Origin: an uncultured virus (IMG/VR IMGVR_UViG_3300042307_001315)
Lineage: Duplodnaviria; Heunggongvirae; Uroviricota; Caudoviricetes
Length of the DNA stretch: 64,000 bases
Reading direction: 5' to 3' (one strand)
Virus record (IMG/VR): IMGVR_UViG_3300042307_001315
The translations under genes were made by a program, and so were the position numbers. Shown piece after piece: positions 51,401 to 59,708 of this stretch. The number at the start of each line of letters is the position of its first letter. Position 1 is the first letter of the stretch. The notes beneath the pieces were generated by a model that was not told the DNA's origin, did not search any database, and saw nothing but the letters and a program-made list of their open reading frames with translations.

Positions 51401-51651
51401 GCGATGTATGCCGCTTCATATTTAGGGATTTGTGTGTTAACAAATTTGGTTGGTTCTGTTCCTCCGAAAAAGGCTTGGAATTCGTCGTAGTTTGTTATGA
51501 ATACCGGTTCAAATGCAGGACCTTTCAAAGTCTCACCAACTAAACCTAGGGTAGTAACACCCACACTTTGTGCTACGAATGATAAGTCAGTTTCAGAAGT
51601 GTATACACCCGGTGAAACGAAAACTTTTTGATTTGCTTGTGCTGTTGCCAT
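48439..51651 (-). CDS. Contractile tail sheath protein (gp18-like, enlarged)
   Basis: FVSPGVYTSETDLS, PWFASAGYTRG, INPIATF, WGNKTL, RLNVRRLL, LFEQND, LKPTKALEFIDIEF. Confidence 0.97.
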   Translation of the reverse strand: MATAQANQKVFVSPGVYTSETDLSFVAQSVGVTTLGLVGETLKGPAFEPVFITNYDEFQAFFGGTEPTKFVNTQIPKYEAAYIAKSYLQQSNQLFVTRILGLSGYDAGPSWSIRVTANVDPTTVIQNPTGATSWSVSFTGSTSAGTVNFISGSFPAAVQANFNTQYRLSDGSTSTYDNDITNTILSIVGDPSLSATTAVAYGPVPELDYWNLIDQYGAVVNAYGVDSVDLADNDLSAGENDSWFYANFNNYTGNAYTGYSFDYVFDSIVTGVSDSFSGTISGEYYTFIGTAYTEYNNMVVATLRSRGLSLYVNSSTSDNHGPVYEVNDENNVLLLNTDQYSSIDKNPYASFGLSGVTKDGDNFTFETNLSAASSKFITKVLGIDNFGKARNEVPLFVEEIYPGSLAYAYNQGYIRGINPELVALPGARSENPSSIAYSVGQYQSPVTPFLVSELRGNKVYKLFKFVSISDGDAANLEVKVSIANLSFNNMTFDVLVRNFFDTDSNPVVIEKFTNCNMDPFSNNFVAKKIGTTNGEYALLSKYVMVEMADEAPIDAIPCGFEGYTQREYDNVLNPSPVPKFKTKYFFPGETIANPPFGAATGGSNLVESPGDIVRRTYLGFSTQYGIDESFLTYKGRQNPQSWVIAPQPIEGAAWNYVSKGFHMDSGATVVTISNSSLTSGQTAFECGTAEFREDPETQENPYYFIYSRKYTLCFAGGFDGWDIYREFRTNQDRFQLGQSGFLAGASSSTRYPNATGSGLFKRITVANNTQDFANTDYYAYLLGILTFRNPEATNINVFATSSIDYINNSNLVEEAIDMIQYQRADSVYIATTPDYNMYTPDATNPQDIIYPQEAVDNLDNTGIDSNYTATYYPWILTRDTVNNTQIYLPATGEVCRNLALTDNIAFPWFASAGYTRGLVNSVKARVKLTQEDRDTLYQGRINPIATFSDVGTVIWGNKTLQIADTALNRLNVRRLLLQARKLISAVAVRLLFEQNDQIVRQQFLDSVNPILDSIRRDRGLYDFRVTVSSSPEDLDRNTLTGKIYLKPTKALEFIDIEFFITPTGASFENI

Positions 51652-51771
51652 TATCTAATTATTCTATTGCAGATTTATTTTATAGATAAATATTCAATAA
51701 AATATCAAAAAACTTTACTTTTAGATATGTATTTGTAAAGAGTATGAATTAATTCTACCTTTTTTCTACCT

Positions 51772-51933
51772 ATGAAACAGACAAAAGAAATCAAGAATAT
51801 TAAAATTGACCCCGCCATCCACGAGATACTGAAAAAGTACTGTGAAAAGCGAGGATTAAAAATTTATAAGTTTTTGGAAAAATTAATCGTAGAAACCTGT
51901 AAAGAGAAGAAAGATATCTACGGAGAAGATTAA
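51772..51933 (+). CDS. Small ribbon-helix-helix-like DNA-binding protein (53 aa); not in ORF track
   Basis: MKQTKEIKNIKIDPAIHEILKKYCEKRGLKIYKFLEKLIVETCKEKKDIYGED*: alternating beta strand, helix, Gly, helix. Confidence 0.7.
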   Translation: MKQTKEIKNIKIDPAIHEILKKYCEKRGLKIYKFLEKLIVETCKEKKDIYGED

Positions 51934-52970
51934 ACTAATATATTATCGAACTGTATTGATGACTCTTTTGTCTCATCAGTTTTAACCACATCTATTCGTA
52001 AAACATCGTTAGTAGTTATCTGAATATTTTGAACATCGGTACCAAAATAATCACCATTAATGTAAACATCAAAAGATTCAACATTGGACCAAGTTCCAAA
52101 AGAAAGATTTGCGGTGTAAGCAACAATATCACTTAAGGTATCATTCCCAACAACAAACAAATAATTCTCCAAAAATTCATTTGGGTTTTCTAATGTTTTA
52201 TTCTTTTTCCCTACATTTCCTGCTCCGGTTAACTCCATAAGTTGAGTAACCCTTGCAATTGCCGGTTTAACTTCAAACTCTTCTTCGTCTATCAAATAAC
52301 CTAACATGGTGAAGTCATAACTTTGAACATAATACTTTCTTGAATCCAAACTCATTTGTGATTCATCTGAAACATTATTCATTACAATTGGAACATACTG
52401 ACCTTTAATAAATGTGTAAGCTTGTCTTGATGAAAACTTTTGCATAATCACTTTATTCAACTGATTAAGTTCTCTCATTCTATTACAAATAATCTTAACA
52501 CTATAATTAATATCCACAGGGACCGGTTGAGGTATTGTGTAGATATCCATTCCCTGTTCGTTTCCATTCCAAGTTGGAACAGATGCGTAATAGAATTGTT
52601 TTCTATCAGGGATTGTATATTGTAATGATGGGTTGGTACCAAACTTAACTTCGGGACTTCTAACTACCGTGATGAAGGGCGGGGATGGGTTATAATCTAA
52701 ATCCACAAATAAGGCAGTCTCAACGTATTGAGTCCAGTTTTGAGTTGTGATTATAATATCCACCATTGGAACTATTTTTCCTGCGGTGACAACCTCTAAA
52801 TCAGTTTTAACAAAATCTAACATTCCTCTATCTAAATCGGCGTGTAGCACTGATTTAGGAAGATATGTTCCGTCTTTATTAATATATTCCAATAGTTGTT
52901 CCCTACGAGCAGACAATGTCTTCTGTGGGACTAATGGTAATGTTGGTATAACTTTTTTTGGTAATGGCAT
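51930..52970 (-). CDS. Tail completion / terminator protein (T4 gp15-like, probable)
   Basis: IPQPVPVDINYSVKI..NRMRELNQL and FTMLGYL; lies upstream of the sheath gene. Confidence 0.6.
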   Translation of the reverse strand: MPLPKKVIPTLPLVPQKTLSARREQLLEYINKDGTYLPKSVLHADLDRGMLDFVKTDLEVVTAGKIVPMVDIIITTQNWTQYVETALFVDLDYNPSPPFITVVRSPEVKFGTNPSLQYTIPDRKQFYYASVPTWNGNEQGMDIYTIPQPVPVDINYSVKIICNRMRELNQLNKVIMQKFSSRQAYTFIKGQYVPIVMNNVSDESQMSLDSRKYYVQSYDFTMLGYLIDEEEFEVKPAIARVTQLMELTGAGNVGKKNKTLENPNEFLENYLFVVGNDTLSDIVAYTANLSFGTWSNVESFDVYINGDYFGTDVQNIQITTNDVLRIDVVKTDETKESSIQFDNILV

Positions 52971-52971
52971 T

Positions 52972-53508
52972 TTATTTCTTAACTACAAATAATTTATTTT
53001 GTGAATTTATCATATCAACTTCAGTTGCACTATAAATTGGTTCTCCACTTGATTTATAAACAAATGAATCATACTTGTATGGGTTATAGGTAATAATCAT
53101 ATCTGATGATGGTGTTGGTATGTCATCACAAGGGTATTCACAAAAATCCATTAAATCCCCAATAACAAACGCATGGACATTTTTTGATTTTTCCGAACGA
53201 ACTCTGTCTTTCCCACCTTTTCTAACTCTAAACTCAACATCCCCTAATTTAACATAATCAGCGTGCATTATAACTTTAGATTTATATGTTACCGAAAAAG
53301 TGTGTTTATGAAGGTTATAATAAACCATAACTCTTTTCCCAATATGACTTTCCTCTGAGTTGTCGTGCCCACATTTATGACAAATATAAGGGTCGTCACC
53401 ACCATCAGCTAAATCCCATGACCAACCACACTCGTCACAAATTACTTTATCTTTTGTGACAATTTCAAATATTCTTCTTAATTGAGATTCTTTAACTAAT
53501 ACTTTCAT
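52972..53508 (-). CDS. Zinc-ribbon protein with KESQL-type leader
   Basis: MKVLVKESQLRRIFE, CDEC...CHKC, and a C-terminal VYYNLHKHTFSV domain. Confidence 0.65.
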   Translation of the reverse strand: MKVLVKESQLRRIFEIVTKDKVICDECGWSWDLADGGDDPYICHKCGHDNSEESHIGKRVMVYYNLHKHTFSVTYKSKVIMHADYVKLGDVEFRVRKGGKDRVRSEKSKNVHAFVIGDLMDFCEYPCDDIPTPSSDMIITYNPYKYDSFVYKSSGEPIYSATEVDMINSQNKLFVVKK

Positions 53509-53510
53509 TA

Positions 53511-53912
53511 TTAATAATGTGTTGATACCGATTTAACCGGTAATTTAAAATTATCTTGAACCCATTTTTTCATAGGTTCAACCCAATGGTCATCAAACAT
53601 AGTGTCCAAATGTTCACCATATTTACCCATAACTTCTAAAATAGGTGCTTGATTTCTAAACGATTTAGTTGATGGACTATTTTCATAATAATCCACATCA
53701 AAATAATAAAAAACTATGTCAGTATCATCTTCCCCATTCCATTCTCCTTTAAAGAACATTAAAAAGTTTTCATCATCCTTATCTATATCCTCATAACCAT
53801 CTTCGTCAGAACCAGTCCCATAGACCCAATCAATTTCGTTTGGGTTTAGATAACTATCAAGATACTGATAGATTGCATTAAATAATTTACTCTCTGTTAT
53901 TATGTATTCCAT
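53511..53912 (-). CDS. Acidic hypothetical protein, paralog A
   Basis: Starts MEYIITESKLFNAIYQY and ends KKWVQDNFKLPVKSVSTHY. Confidence 0.75.
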   Translation of the reverse strand: MEYIITESKLFNAIYQYLDSYLNPNEIDWVYGTGSDEDGYEDIDKDDENFLMFFKGEWNGEDDTDIVFYYFDVDYYENSPSTKSFRNQAPILEVMGKYGEHLDTMFDDHWVEPMKKWVQDNFKLPVKSVSTHY

Positions 53913-54303
53913 TAATCAGCTACAATTGTTTTAACAGGTAATTCAAATTTATTTTCAAACCATTTTTTAAAAGGTCCTTTCCAATATTCACCAAACATTG
54001 TTTCTAATGTTCCATAATCATTAACAATTAAAATTGGTGTTTGATTTATAAAAGATTGGCTTGAAGGTTCATCTTTATAATATTCTTTTACAATATAAAT
54101 AAATAACATCCCATTTTCATCATAATCACCATCATATTCAGGATTAAAAAACTCCGTAATATATGGATTTTCTTTGTCATCATGTTCATCACCATTCCAA
54201 GTTGTTGGATTAAAATAATCAATTTTATCCACGTCATAAGACTCATCAATATACTGATAGATTGCATTAAATAATTTACTCTCTGTTATTATGTATTCCA
54301 TTA
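53862..54303. repeat. 53-bp perfect direct repeat (53862-53914 and 54251-54303)
   Basis: atactgatagattgcattaaataatttactctctgttattatgtattccatta occurs twice. Confidence 0.9.
53912..54301 (-). CDS. Acidic hypothetical protein, paralog B
   Basis: Same first 17 aa as paralog A; ends KKWFENKFELPVKTIVAD. Confidence 0.75.
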   Translation of the reverse strand: MEYIITESKLFNAIYQYIDESYDVDKIDYFNPTTWNGDEHDDKENPYITEFFNPEYDGDYDENGMLFIYIVKEYYKDEPSSQSFINQTPILIVNDYGTLETMFGEYWKGPFKKWFENKFELPVKTIVAD

Positions 54304-54813
54304 GATTCCTCTAAATTCGTTTTCACTTACATAAGTAGCAACAATACTTCTGTAAAATGGTTTGTATCCTCCATACGTATGTTTATTATCTGACCTAACA
54401 TATCCATCATCACTTACCACATAATATCTAACTCTATCTTCAGTTTCATAATATCCAAGATAATCCCCTTGGAATATCTCAACACCCAATTCATCAAGAG
54501 TTTTCTGATACAATGAGAATTTCATATTACCAGGTTCTTGTAATTCAACTCGTGAGTTTCCATAGTTTTTAGAACTTGGTGCCATAACTTGAACCAAACC
54601 TTGCAATTCAACAGGTGCCATGAATTGGATACCATCTTCGGTTACCTCACCATAAACATCGTCGGTTTTAGTTTTATATCTATCAATACGATAAAGAATC
54701 ACGGTGAAATTCATATCACCCAATAACCATTCTTCTCCCATACCTATGTCGAGAGCGTAATCTTCGGCACCGAAGAATTTACCTAATCTTGTAATTGGAA
54801 CTAATTTTTGCAT
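54301..54813 (-). CDS. Neck / head-closure protein (gp14-like, probable)
   Basis: VILYRIDR..TKTDDVYGE, FMAPVEL, GDYLGY; lies upstream of the tail terminator gene. Confidence 0.55.
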   Translation of the reverse strand: MQKLVPITRLGKFFGAEDYALDIGMGEEWLLGDMNFTVILYRIDRYKTKTDDVYGEVTEDGIQFMAPVELQGLVQVMAPSSKNYGNSRVELQEPGNMKFSLYQKTLDELGVEIFQGDYLGYYETEDRVRYYVVSDDGYVRSDNKHTYGGYKPFYRSIVATYVSENEFRGI

Positions 54814-54816
54814 ATA

Positions 54817-54847
54817 TTGATAAATACTTCAATATCAACTATATTTA
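54817..54847 (+). promoter_or_regulatory. Host-type promoter for SET-SNF2, overlapping the divergent late motif
   Basis: TTG-N20-TATATTTA, 8 nt before the ATG at 54856; its spacer contains ATAAATA (54820-54826). Confidence 0.55.
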
Positions 54848-54855
54848 ATTCAACT

Positions 54856-55224
54856 ATGAAAATCAGTCCGCCAACTAAAATATATCTTAAAGATAGTCCG
54901 TTACATAACTTGGGTGTTTTTTCTTCACAAAAAATAAAAAAGGGTGAGGTTATTGATATTTGCCCCTTTCTTTCTTTTCCACAAAGTTCTAAAGAAAAAA
55001 TACCGGTATTTTCAAACTATACCTTTTGTTACCCTCGTTCCGAGAATTGGACTAAACACGCATTGGTCTTAGGTTATGGGTCTTATTATAACCATTCCGA
55101 AACACCAAATGTTGATTGGTATACAAATGAAGAAGACCAAACATTTGTATATTTTGCAATAAACGATATTAATGACGAGGAAGAATTGTTGATTAATTAT
55201 GGTAATGGGTCTTTATTTGAGTAA
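54856..55224 (+). CDS. SET-domain protein-lysine methyltransferase (122 aa)
   Basis: SPLHNLGVFS..IKKGEVI, YGSYYNHSETPN, EELLINYG. ATG at 54856 is preferred over the TTG at 54808. Confidence 0.88.
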   Translation: MKISPPTKIYLKDSPLHNLGVFSSQKIKKGEVIDICPFLSFPQSSKEKIPVFSNYTFCYPRSENWTKHALVLGYGSYYNHSETPNVDWYTNEEDQTFVYFAINDINDEEELLINYGNGSLFE

Positions 55225-56981
55225 TGGAAATTAATACTAGCATAGAATCTAAAGCGTTATCCCTATTGGAAACTTATGAAGGGGGTAATAATTATTTAAT
55301 TGAATTAAAACGTAAGTCACAATTAAATAAAAAGTTTTATCCCACTAGGAGTCAATCCGAATATATCATTAACAATCATGATAAACAACCCAAAGTTGCA
55401 AAGAAATGGGTGGTTCTTGATGCCTACTTCGCTCAGAAACTTGCTGACGATAAATTATACACCGAAATACCTCAAAAAGTATGGGTAGAAAAATTATTAT
55501 CGGATAAAGAAAAAGCATTTCATATTTGGGGTAGAGTATTTGAAACAGAAGAACTACATCATTTTTGGTTACCAAAAGCCGCAATCATCAAAGATAATAC
55601 TGTTAAAGATGTTGTAATTGATTATACCAAATATTCTAACCGACCACCACTTGACCACCAAAAAGAGGCAATCCAAAAATTAGTTGAGAACAAAAAGTTT
55701 ATCCTTGCTGATGATATGGGTCTTGGTAAAACAACCTCAACAATTATTGCAGGGTTAGAAACCGGTGCCAAGAAAATTTTAATTATTTGCCCGGCAACAC
55801 TTAAAATTAACTGGAAGAGAGAAATTGAAAATTATTCTGACCGACCAATTTTTATTTCAGAAGGAAAACAATTTAGTACGGAACATGATTTTGTTATTGT
55901 AAATTATGATATCATGAAAAATTTTCATGACCCAAAAAAGAAAGATGAATCATTAATATTAATGTCAAAATTTGACTTAGTCATTATTGATGAAGCACAC
56001 TATATTAAAAACGCCCAAGCGCAACGAACAAAACTTATCAACGACATCACAAAGAGTGTTGATAGATTATGGTTGTTAACCGGTACACCGATGACATCTC
56101 GTCCAATAGATTATTTTAACTTACTTAGTTTAATTGATTCACCTGTTGCCAAGAATTGGATGGCATATGTTATTCGTTACTGTGCCGGTTTTCAATTCAA
56201 AGTTGGTCCAAGAAAAATTTGGAATGTCCAAGGAGCGTCAAACCTTGAGGAATTACGAGATAGAACGGCAGGTTTAACTTTAAGAAGATTAAAAGAAAAT
56301 GTTTTAGATTTACCTGATAAAATCATTACACCAGTGTATTTGAGATTGAAATCAAAAGTGTACGAAGAAGTAATGGGGGATTATTACAATTGGTATGAAA
56401 AAAACCCTGAGGAATCAAAATCACTTACGGTTCAATTTACCAAGTTAACCAAAGTTCGTCAAATTATTGCCGATGAAAAAATTTCACAAACAATTGAAAT
56501 TGCTGAGAACATTATTGAACAAGACAAAAAAGTAATCATCTTTTGTAATTTTACTGATTCATTAAATAAAATTACGGAACACTTTGGAAAAGCTGCGGTT
56601 AAACTTGATGGGTCTATGTCAAAACATGAAAGACAATTTAGTGTTGACCAATTCCAAGAGAACGATAAAATAAAAGTATTTGTTGGAAATATCAAAGCAG
56701 CTGGTGTTGGTATTACTTTAACATCAGCAGAGGCCGTTATCTTCAATGATTTATCATTTTTACCATCCGACCACGCACAAGCAGAAGACCGAGCATACAG
56801 ATATGGTCAAAAAAATAATGTATTAGTTTATTACCCAATTTTTGAAAATACTATTGAGGGAATTATTTACGACATACTCCACAATAAAAAACAAGTTATC
56901 GCAACCGTTATGGGAGATAATCAAAATACTGCCGACGCCGCTGAAGAAATTTTAAAGAGAATTAATGAAATGCGTCGTTAA
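55224..56981 (+). CDS. SNF2/SWI2-family helicase (SMARCAL1/ZRANB3-like core)
   Basis: LADDMGLGKT, DEAH, LTGTP, LRRLK, GVGITLT, QAEDRAYRYGQ. Confidence 0.92.
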   Translation: MEINTSIESKALSLLETYEGGNNYLIELKRKSQLNKKFYPTRSQSEYIINNHDKQPKVAKKWVVLDAYFAQKLADDKLYTEIPQKVWVEKLLSDKEKAFHIWGRVFETEELHHFWLPKAAIIKDNTVKDVVIDYTKYSNRPPLDHQKEAIQKLVENKKFILADDMGLGKTTSTIIAGLETGAKKILIICPATLKINWKREIENYSDRPIFISEGKQFSTEHDFVIVNYDIMKNFHDPKKKDESLILMSKFDLVIIDEAHYIKNAQAQRTKLINDITKSVDRLWLLTGTPMTSRPIDYFNLLSLIDSPVAKNWMAYVIRYCAGFQFKVGPRKIWNVQGASNLEELRDRTAGLTLRRLKENVLDLPDKIITPVYLRLKSKVYEEVMGDYYNWYEKNPEESKSLTVQFTKLTKVRQIIADEKISQTIEIAENIIEQDKKVIIFCNFTDSLNKITEHFGKAAVKLDGSMSKHERQFSVDQFQENDKIKVFVGNIKAAGVGITLTSAEAVIFNDLSFLPSDHAQAEDRAYRYGQKNNVLVYYPIFENTIEGIIYDILHNKKQVIATVMGDNQNTADAAEEILKRINEMRR

Positions 56982-57023
56982 ACCAATTTTCGATTATTTA
57001 TATGTAATGGTTAATCCAAACAT

Positions 57024-58556
57024 ATGAAAAAAATAGAACAAAAAATTAAAGAGTTAGAAACAGTAATCCTTGGAAATCACGTATTAAAGGAACAAAGATT
57101 GTTAATAACAGAAATGAAGAAAATAGGAATTGAGAAATTACCTTATTCTTACTCAGCCTTAAAACAATTCATCGACCCCGAAACGATGGAATTTCACTAC
57201 AACAAACATTACAAGGGATACGTGGATAAATTGAACGATGCTCTTTCAAAGAAAAAATATGGGGATTTAGAGTTAATTCAAATAATTAAAACAATCGATA
57301 GATTTGATAAGACAATTCGAAATAATGCCGGTGGTGCTTTCAACCACGCATTGTTTTGGAATATGTTATCTCCAAAACCAACAAAACTTAAAGGGGAACT
57401 TTATCAAAAGATTATTAAACAATACGGTAGTTTTCCAACATTCAAAAAAGAATTTGAAAAAATTGCTAAAGAACGTTTTGGTTCAGGATGGGTGTGGTTA
57501 ATAATCACCTCAAAAAATACTTTAAAAATAATGTCGACCCCTAATCAAGATAATCCATTAATGAATGTTATTGAAGGTGGTGGGTTTCCAATCTTAGGAT
57601 TAGATTTATGGGAACACGCATATTATCTTAAGTATAGAAACAAACGAGATGAATATATTGCAAATTTTTGGAAAGTTGTGAATTGGGATTTTGTTTCTAA
57701 ATTATATGACATGAAAGTTGAAACAAAACTTCTTGAGACGAATAAAATGAAAGAGATACTAAGTGAAGGAAAATCAGAAATGTGTTCATCATCTGAAAAT
57801 GAATTTTATAGAACTTTATTCAATACTAATCAAGATGTTAAATGGATTTACATGAATGGTATAAATAAAATAATGAGAGATGTATTTTCTGAAAATTTTG
57901 TAGAAAATCCGGGTAATAACCAGATGTCAGGTGTTTATGAGTTAGAAGGACCGGGTCGGTCAGTAATCAATAAATTAAACACAAATTACACATCATTCTG
58001 TATTTTATTAAATGATGTAAATCAAGTTATTAAAAAATTAACAAAAAAACCACCAATTGATTTTAGAAATAAGAACACAGAAGAACAAAAGAAAGAGGCT
58101 TCAAGATTTATTTCGGCAATTAATCATTATAAATTTCAAATATTTAATCGAGAAAGTTCAACATTTCAAAACCTATTAAGAGTTTTAATTGAAAAGAACG
58201 CCGCAGGTTCAAAACGTGAAGAAATAACTGCGTCAATATTAAGAAGATATTTTGGTAAAGATGTTAAAATTGAAATCGTTGGAGAACTTGGAAGTAAAAA
58301 AGATGCTATTAGTGGTGTTGATTTAGAGATAACCAAAGATGGTGTAACCAAAACCGCACAAGTTAAACCTTTCCGAGAAAAAAAGATAACAGATGATGGT
58401 ATCTTACTTGAAGGAACCGCAAGTGTTAAGATTTATAAAACCGATTTAATGATTTTTCAAAAAGGGAAAAATGTTTTAGTTTTTGATAAAAAACCAATAA
58501 TAGTTAATGGTAATTTCCTTTTTCCATTAGACTCATTATTATATGATATACAATAA
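57024..58556 (+). CDS. sodA: Fe/Mn superoxide dismutase (Mn-type signature) with N-terminal leader and about 260-aa C-terminal extra domain
   Basis: LPYSYSAL, FHYNKHYKGY, NNAGGAFNHALFW, FGSGWVWL, NQDNP, DLWEHAYYLKY; C-terminal DAISGVDL...AQVKPF. Confidence 0.9.
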   Translation: MKKIEQKIKELETVILGNHVLKEQRLLITEMKKIGIEKLPYSYSALKQFIDPETMEFHYNKHYKGYVDKLNDALSKKKYGDLELIQIIKTIDRFDKTIRNNAGGAFNHALFWNMLSPKPTKLKGELYQKIIKQYGSFPTFKKEFEKIAKERFGSGWVWLIITSKNTLKIMSTPNQDNPLMNVIEGGGFPILGLDLWEHAYYLKYRNKRDEYIANFWKVVNWDFVSKLYDMKVETKLLETNKMKEILSEGKSEMCSSSENEFYRTLFNTNQDVKWIYMNGINKIMRDVFSENFVENPGNNQMSGVYELEGPGRSVINKLNTNYTSFCILLNDVNQVIKKLTKKPPIDFRNKNTEEQKKEASRFISAINHYKFQIFNRESSTFQNLLRVLIEKNAAGSKREEITASILRRYFGKDVKIEIVGELGSKKDAISGVDLEITKDGVTKTAQVKPFREKKITDDGILLEGTASVKIYKTDLMIFQKGKNVLVFDKKPIIVNGNFLFPLDSLLYDIQ

Positions 58557-58579
58557 CGTTTAACAATATATTTATAGTT

Positions 58580-59707
58580 ATGGCAGTTATACCGGAACCA
58601 GAAAGAAGTAAAATTTATACGAGAGTCAAACATCAATTAGGGGCGCCACTTAGAAGTGTGGAACTTGAAGATGAAATGATGGACTCGTTAATGGAATTAT
58701 CTATAGGTGACTATGAAGAATATGTTCTTCAATGGTTAATAGATAGTCAATGGGTTAATTTAGTTAACCTAAACATGAATGAGAAATCAGTTGCGAAAGC
58801 GTTGATTACTCGAACAATGGATTTTGAACAACAATTTAGTTATTCATATTCAAAAATTGTAGGTCTTCAAACAGAAGGTCCATGGGTTTTGAAAAAAGAT
58901 TATTTCATCTTAAGTGCAAATACTCAAACATACGAAATCCCTGCAGGTCGTGAGGTTAATGAATTATTATGGTTTAGTGATAGACCATGGAATGCATTTG
59001 GATTAGGGGCTTCTGCCGGTGGGTTTGGTGCTGGTTTGGGTCTTGGTGCTAGTGAAGCAGGATTCGCTCAAATGGGAAATCAAGGTTCTTACTTTATGAT
59101 GTCAGGTTTTGATTATCTAATAAGAATGCAAGAGGCAAATGTCTTGAGTAGAATTTTAGGTGGTTCACTTACATATAGAATCACCGGATTACCTGATGGT
59201 AAGAAAAATATCCATTTATACAATACACCGGGAGGAAGATTTAATTGGAATAACATTAACGGTTATGTGGGTAAAGCAGTGTGGTATTGGTATTATGATG
59301 TATCACCTGATAATAGAGCGGATTGTTTAAAAAATAATCCTGACGTTATTAAATTACCTTCGGATGTTCCAATGGATAATTTATCTTGGGAAGATTTAAA
59401 CATACCGGGTCAACAATGGGTTAGAAGATGGTTCACAGCATATTGTAAAGAAACGTTGGCAAGAGTTAGAGGAAAATATAGTGGTAATCTTAAAACTCCG
59501 GATAGTGAATTAACTATGGATTATCAATCATTATCAACTGAGGCTAAAGACGAGAAATCTAAATTACTCGAAGAACTTACAGGAGCGGAAGGATGGTTAA
59601 CAAGATTAAGACCAGAAAAAGTGATGGAACGAGAGGCGTTAATTGCAGAAAACTTAAACAAACAAATGAAATTTAGAGCAATGCCTCGACAAATATACGT
59701 AATATAA
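58580..59707 (+). CDS. Neck / head-tail adaptor protein (T4 gp13-like)
   Basis: VKHQLGAPLRSVELEDE and WVRRWFTAYCKETLARVRGKY. Confidence 0.75.
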   Translation: MAVIPEPERSKIYTRVKHQLGAPLRSVELEDEMMDSLMELSIGDYEEYVLQWLIDSQWVNLVNLNMNEKSVAKALITRTMDFEQQFSYSYSKIVGLQTEGPWVLKKDYFILSANTQTYEIPAGREVNELLWFSDRPWNAFGLGASAGGFGAGLGLGASEAGFAQMGNQGSYFMMSGFDYLIRMQEANVLSRILGGSLTYRITGLPDGKKNIHLYNTPGGRFNWNNINGYVGKAVWYWYYDVSPDNRADCLKNNPDVIKLPSDVPMDNLSWEDLNIPGQQWVRRWFTAYCKETLARVRGKYSGNLKTPDSELTMDYQSLSTEAKDEKSKLLEELTGAEGWLTRLRPEKVMEREALIAENLNKQMKFRAMPRQIYVI

Positions 59708-59708
59708 T

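Noticed and set aside
18980..51651. Extracellular contractile injection system, tailocin or prophage
   Set aside because: Tail genes are interleaved with a replication module and neck genes; no integrase or host housekeeping flank is seen.
54808..54855. Extended N-terminus of the SET ORF
   Set aside because: The TTG start overlaps the divergent gene and the promoter; ATG at 54856 fits the domain boundary.
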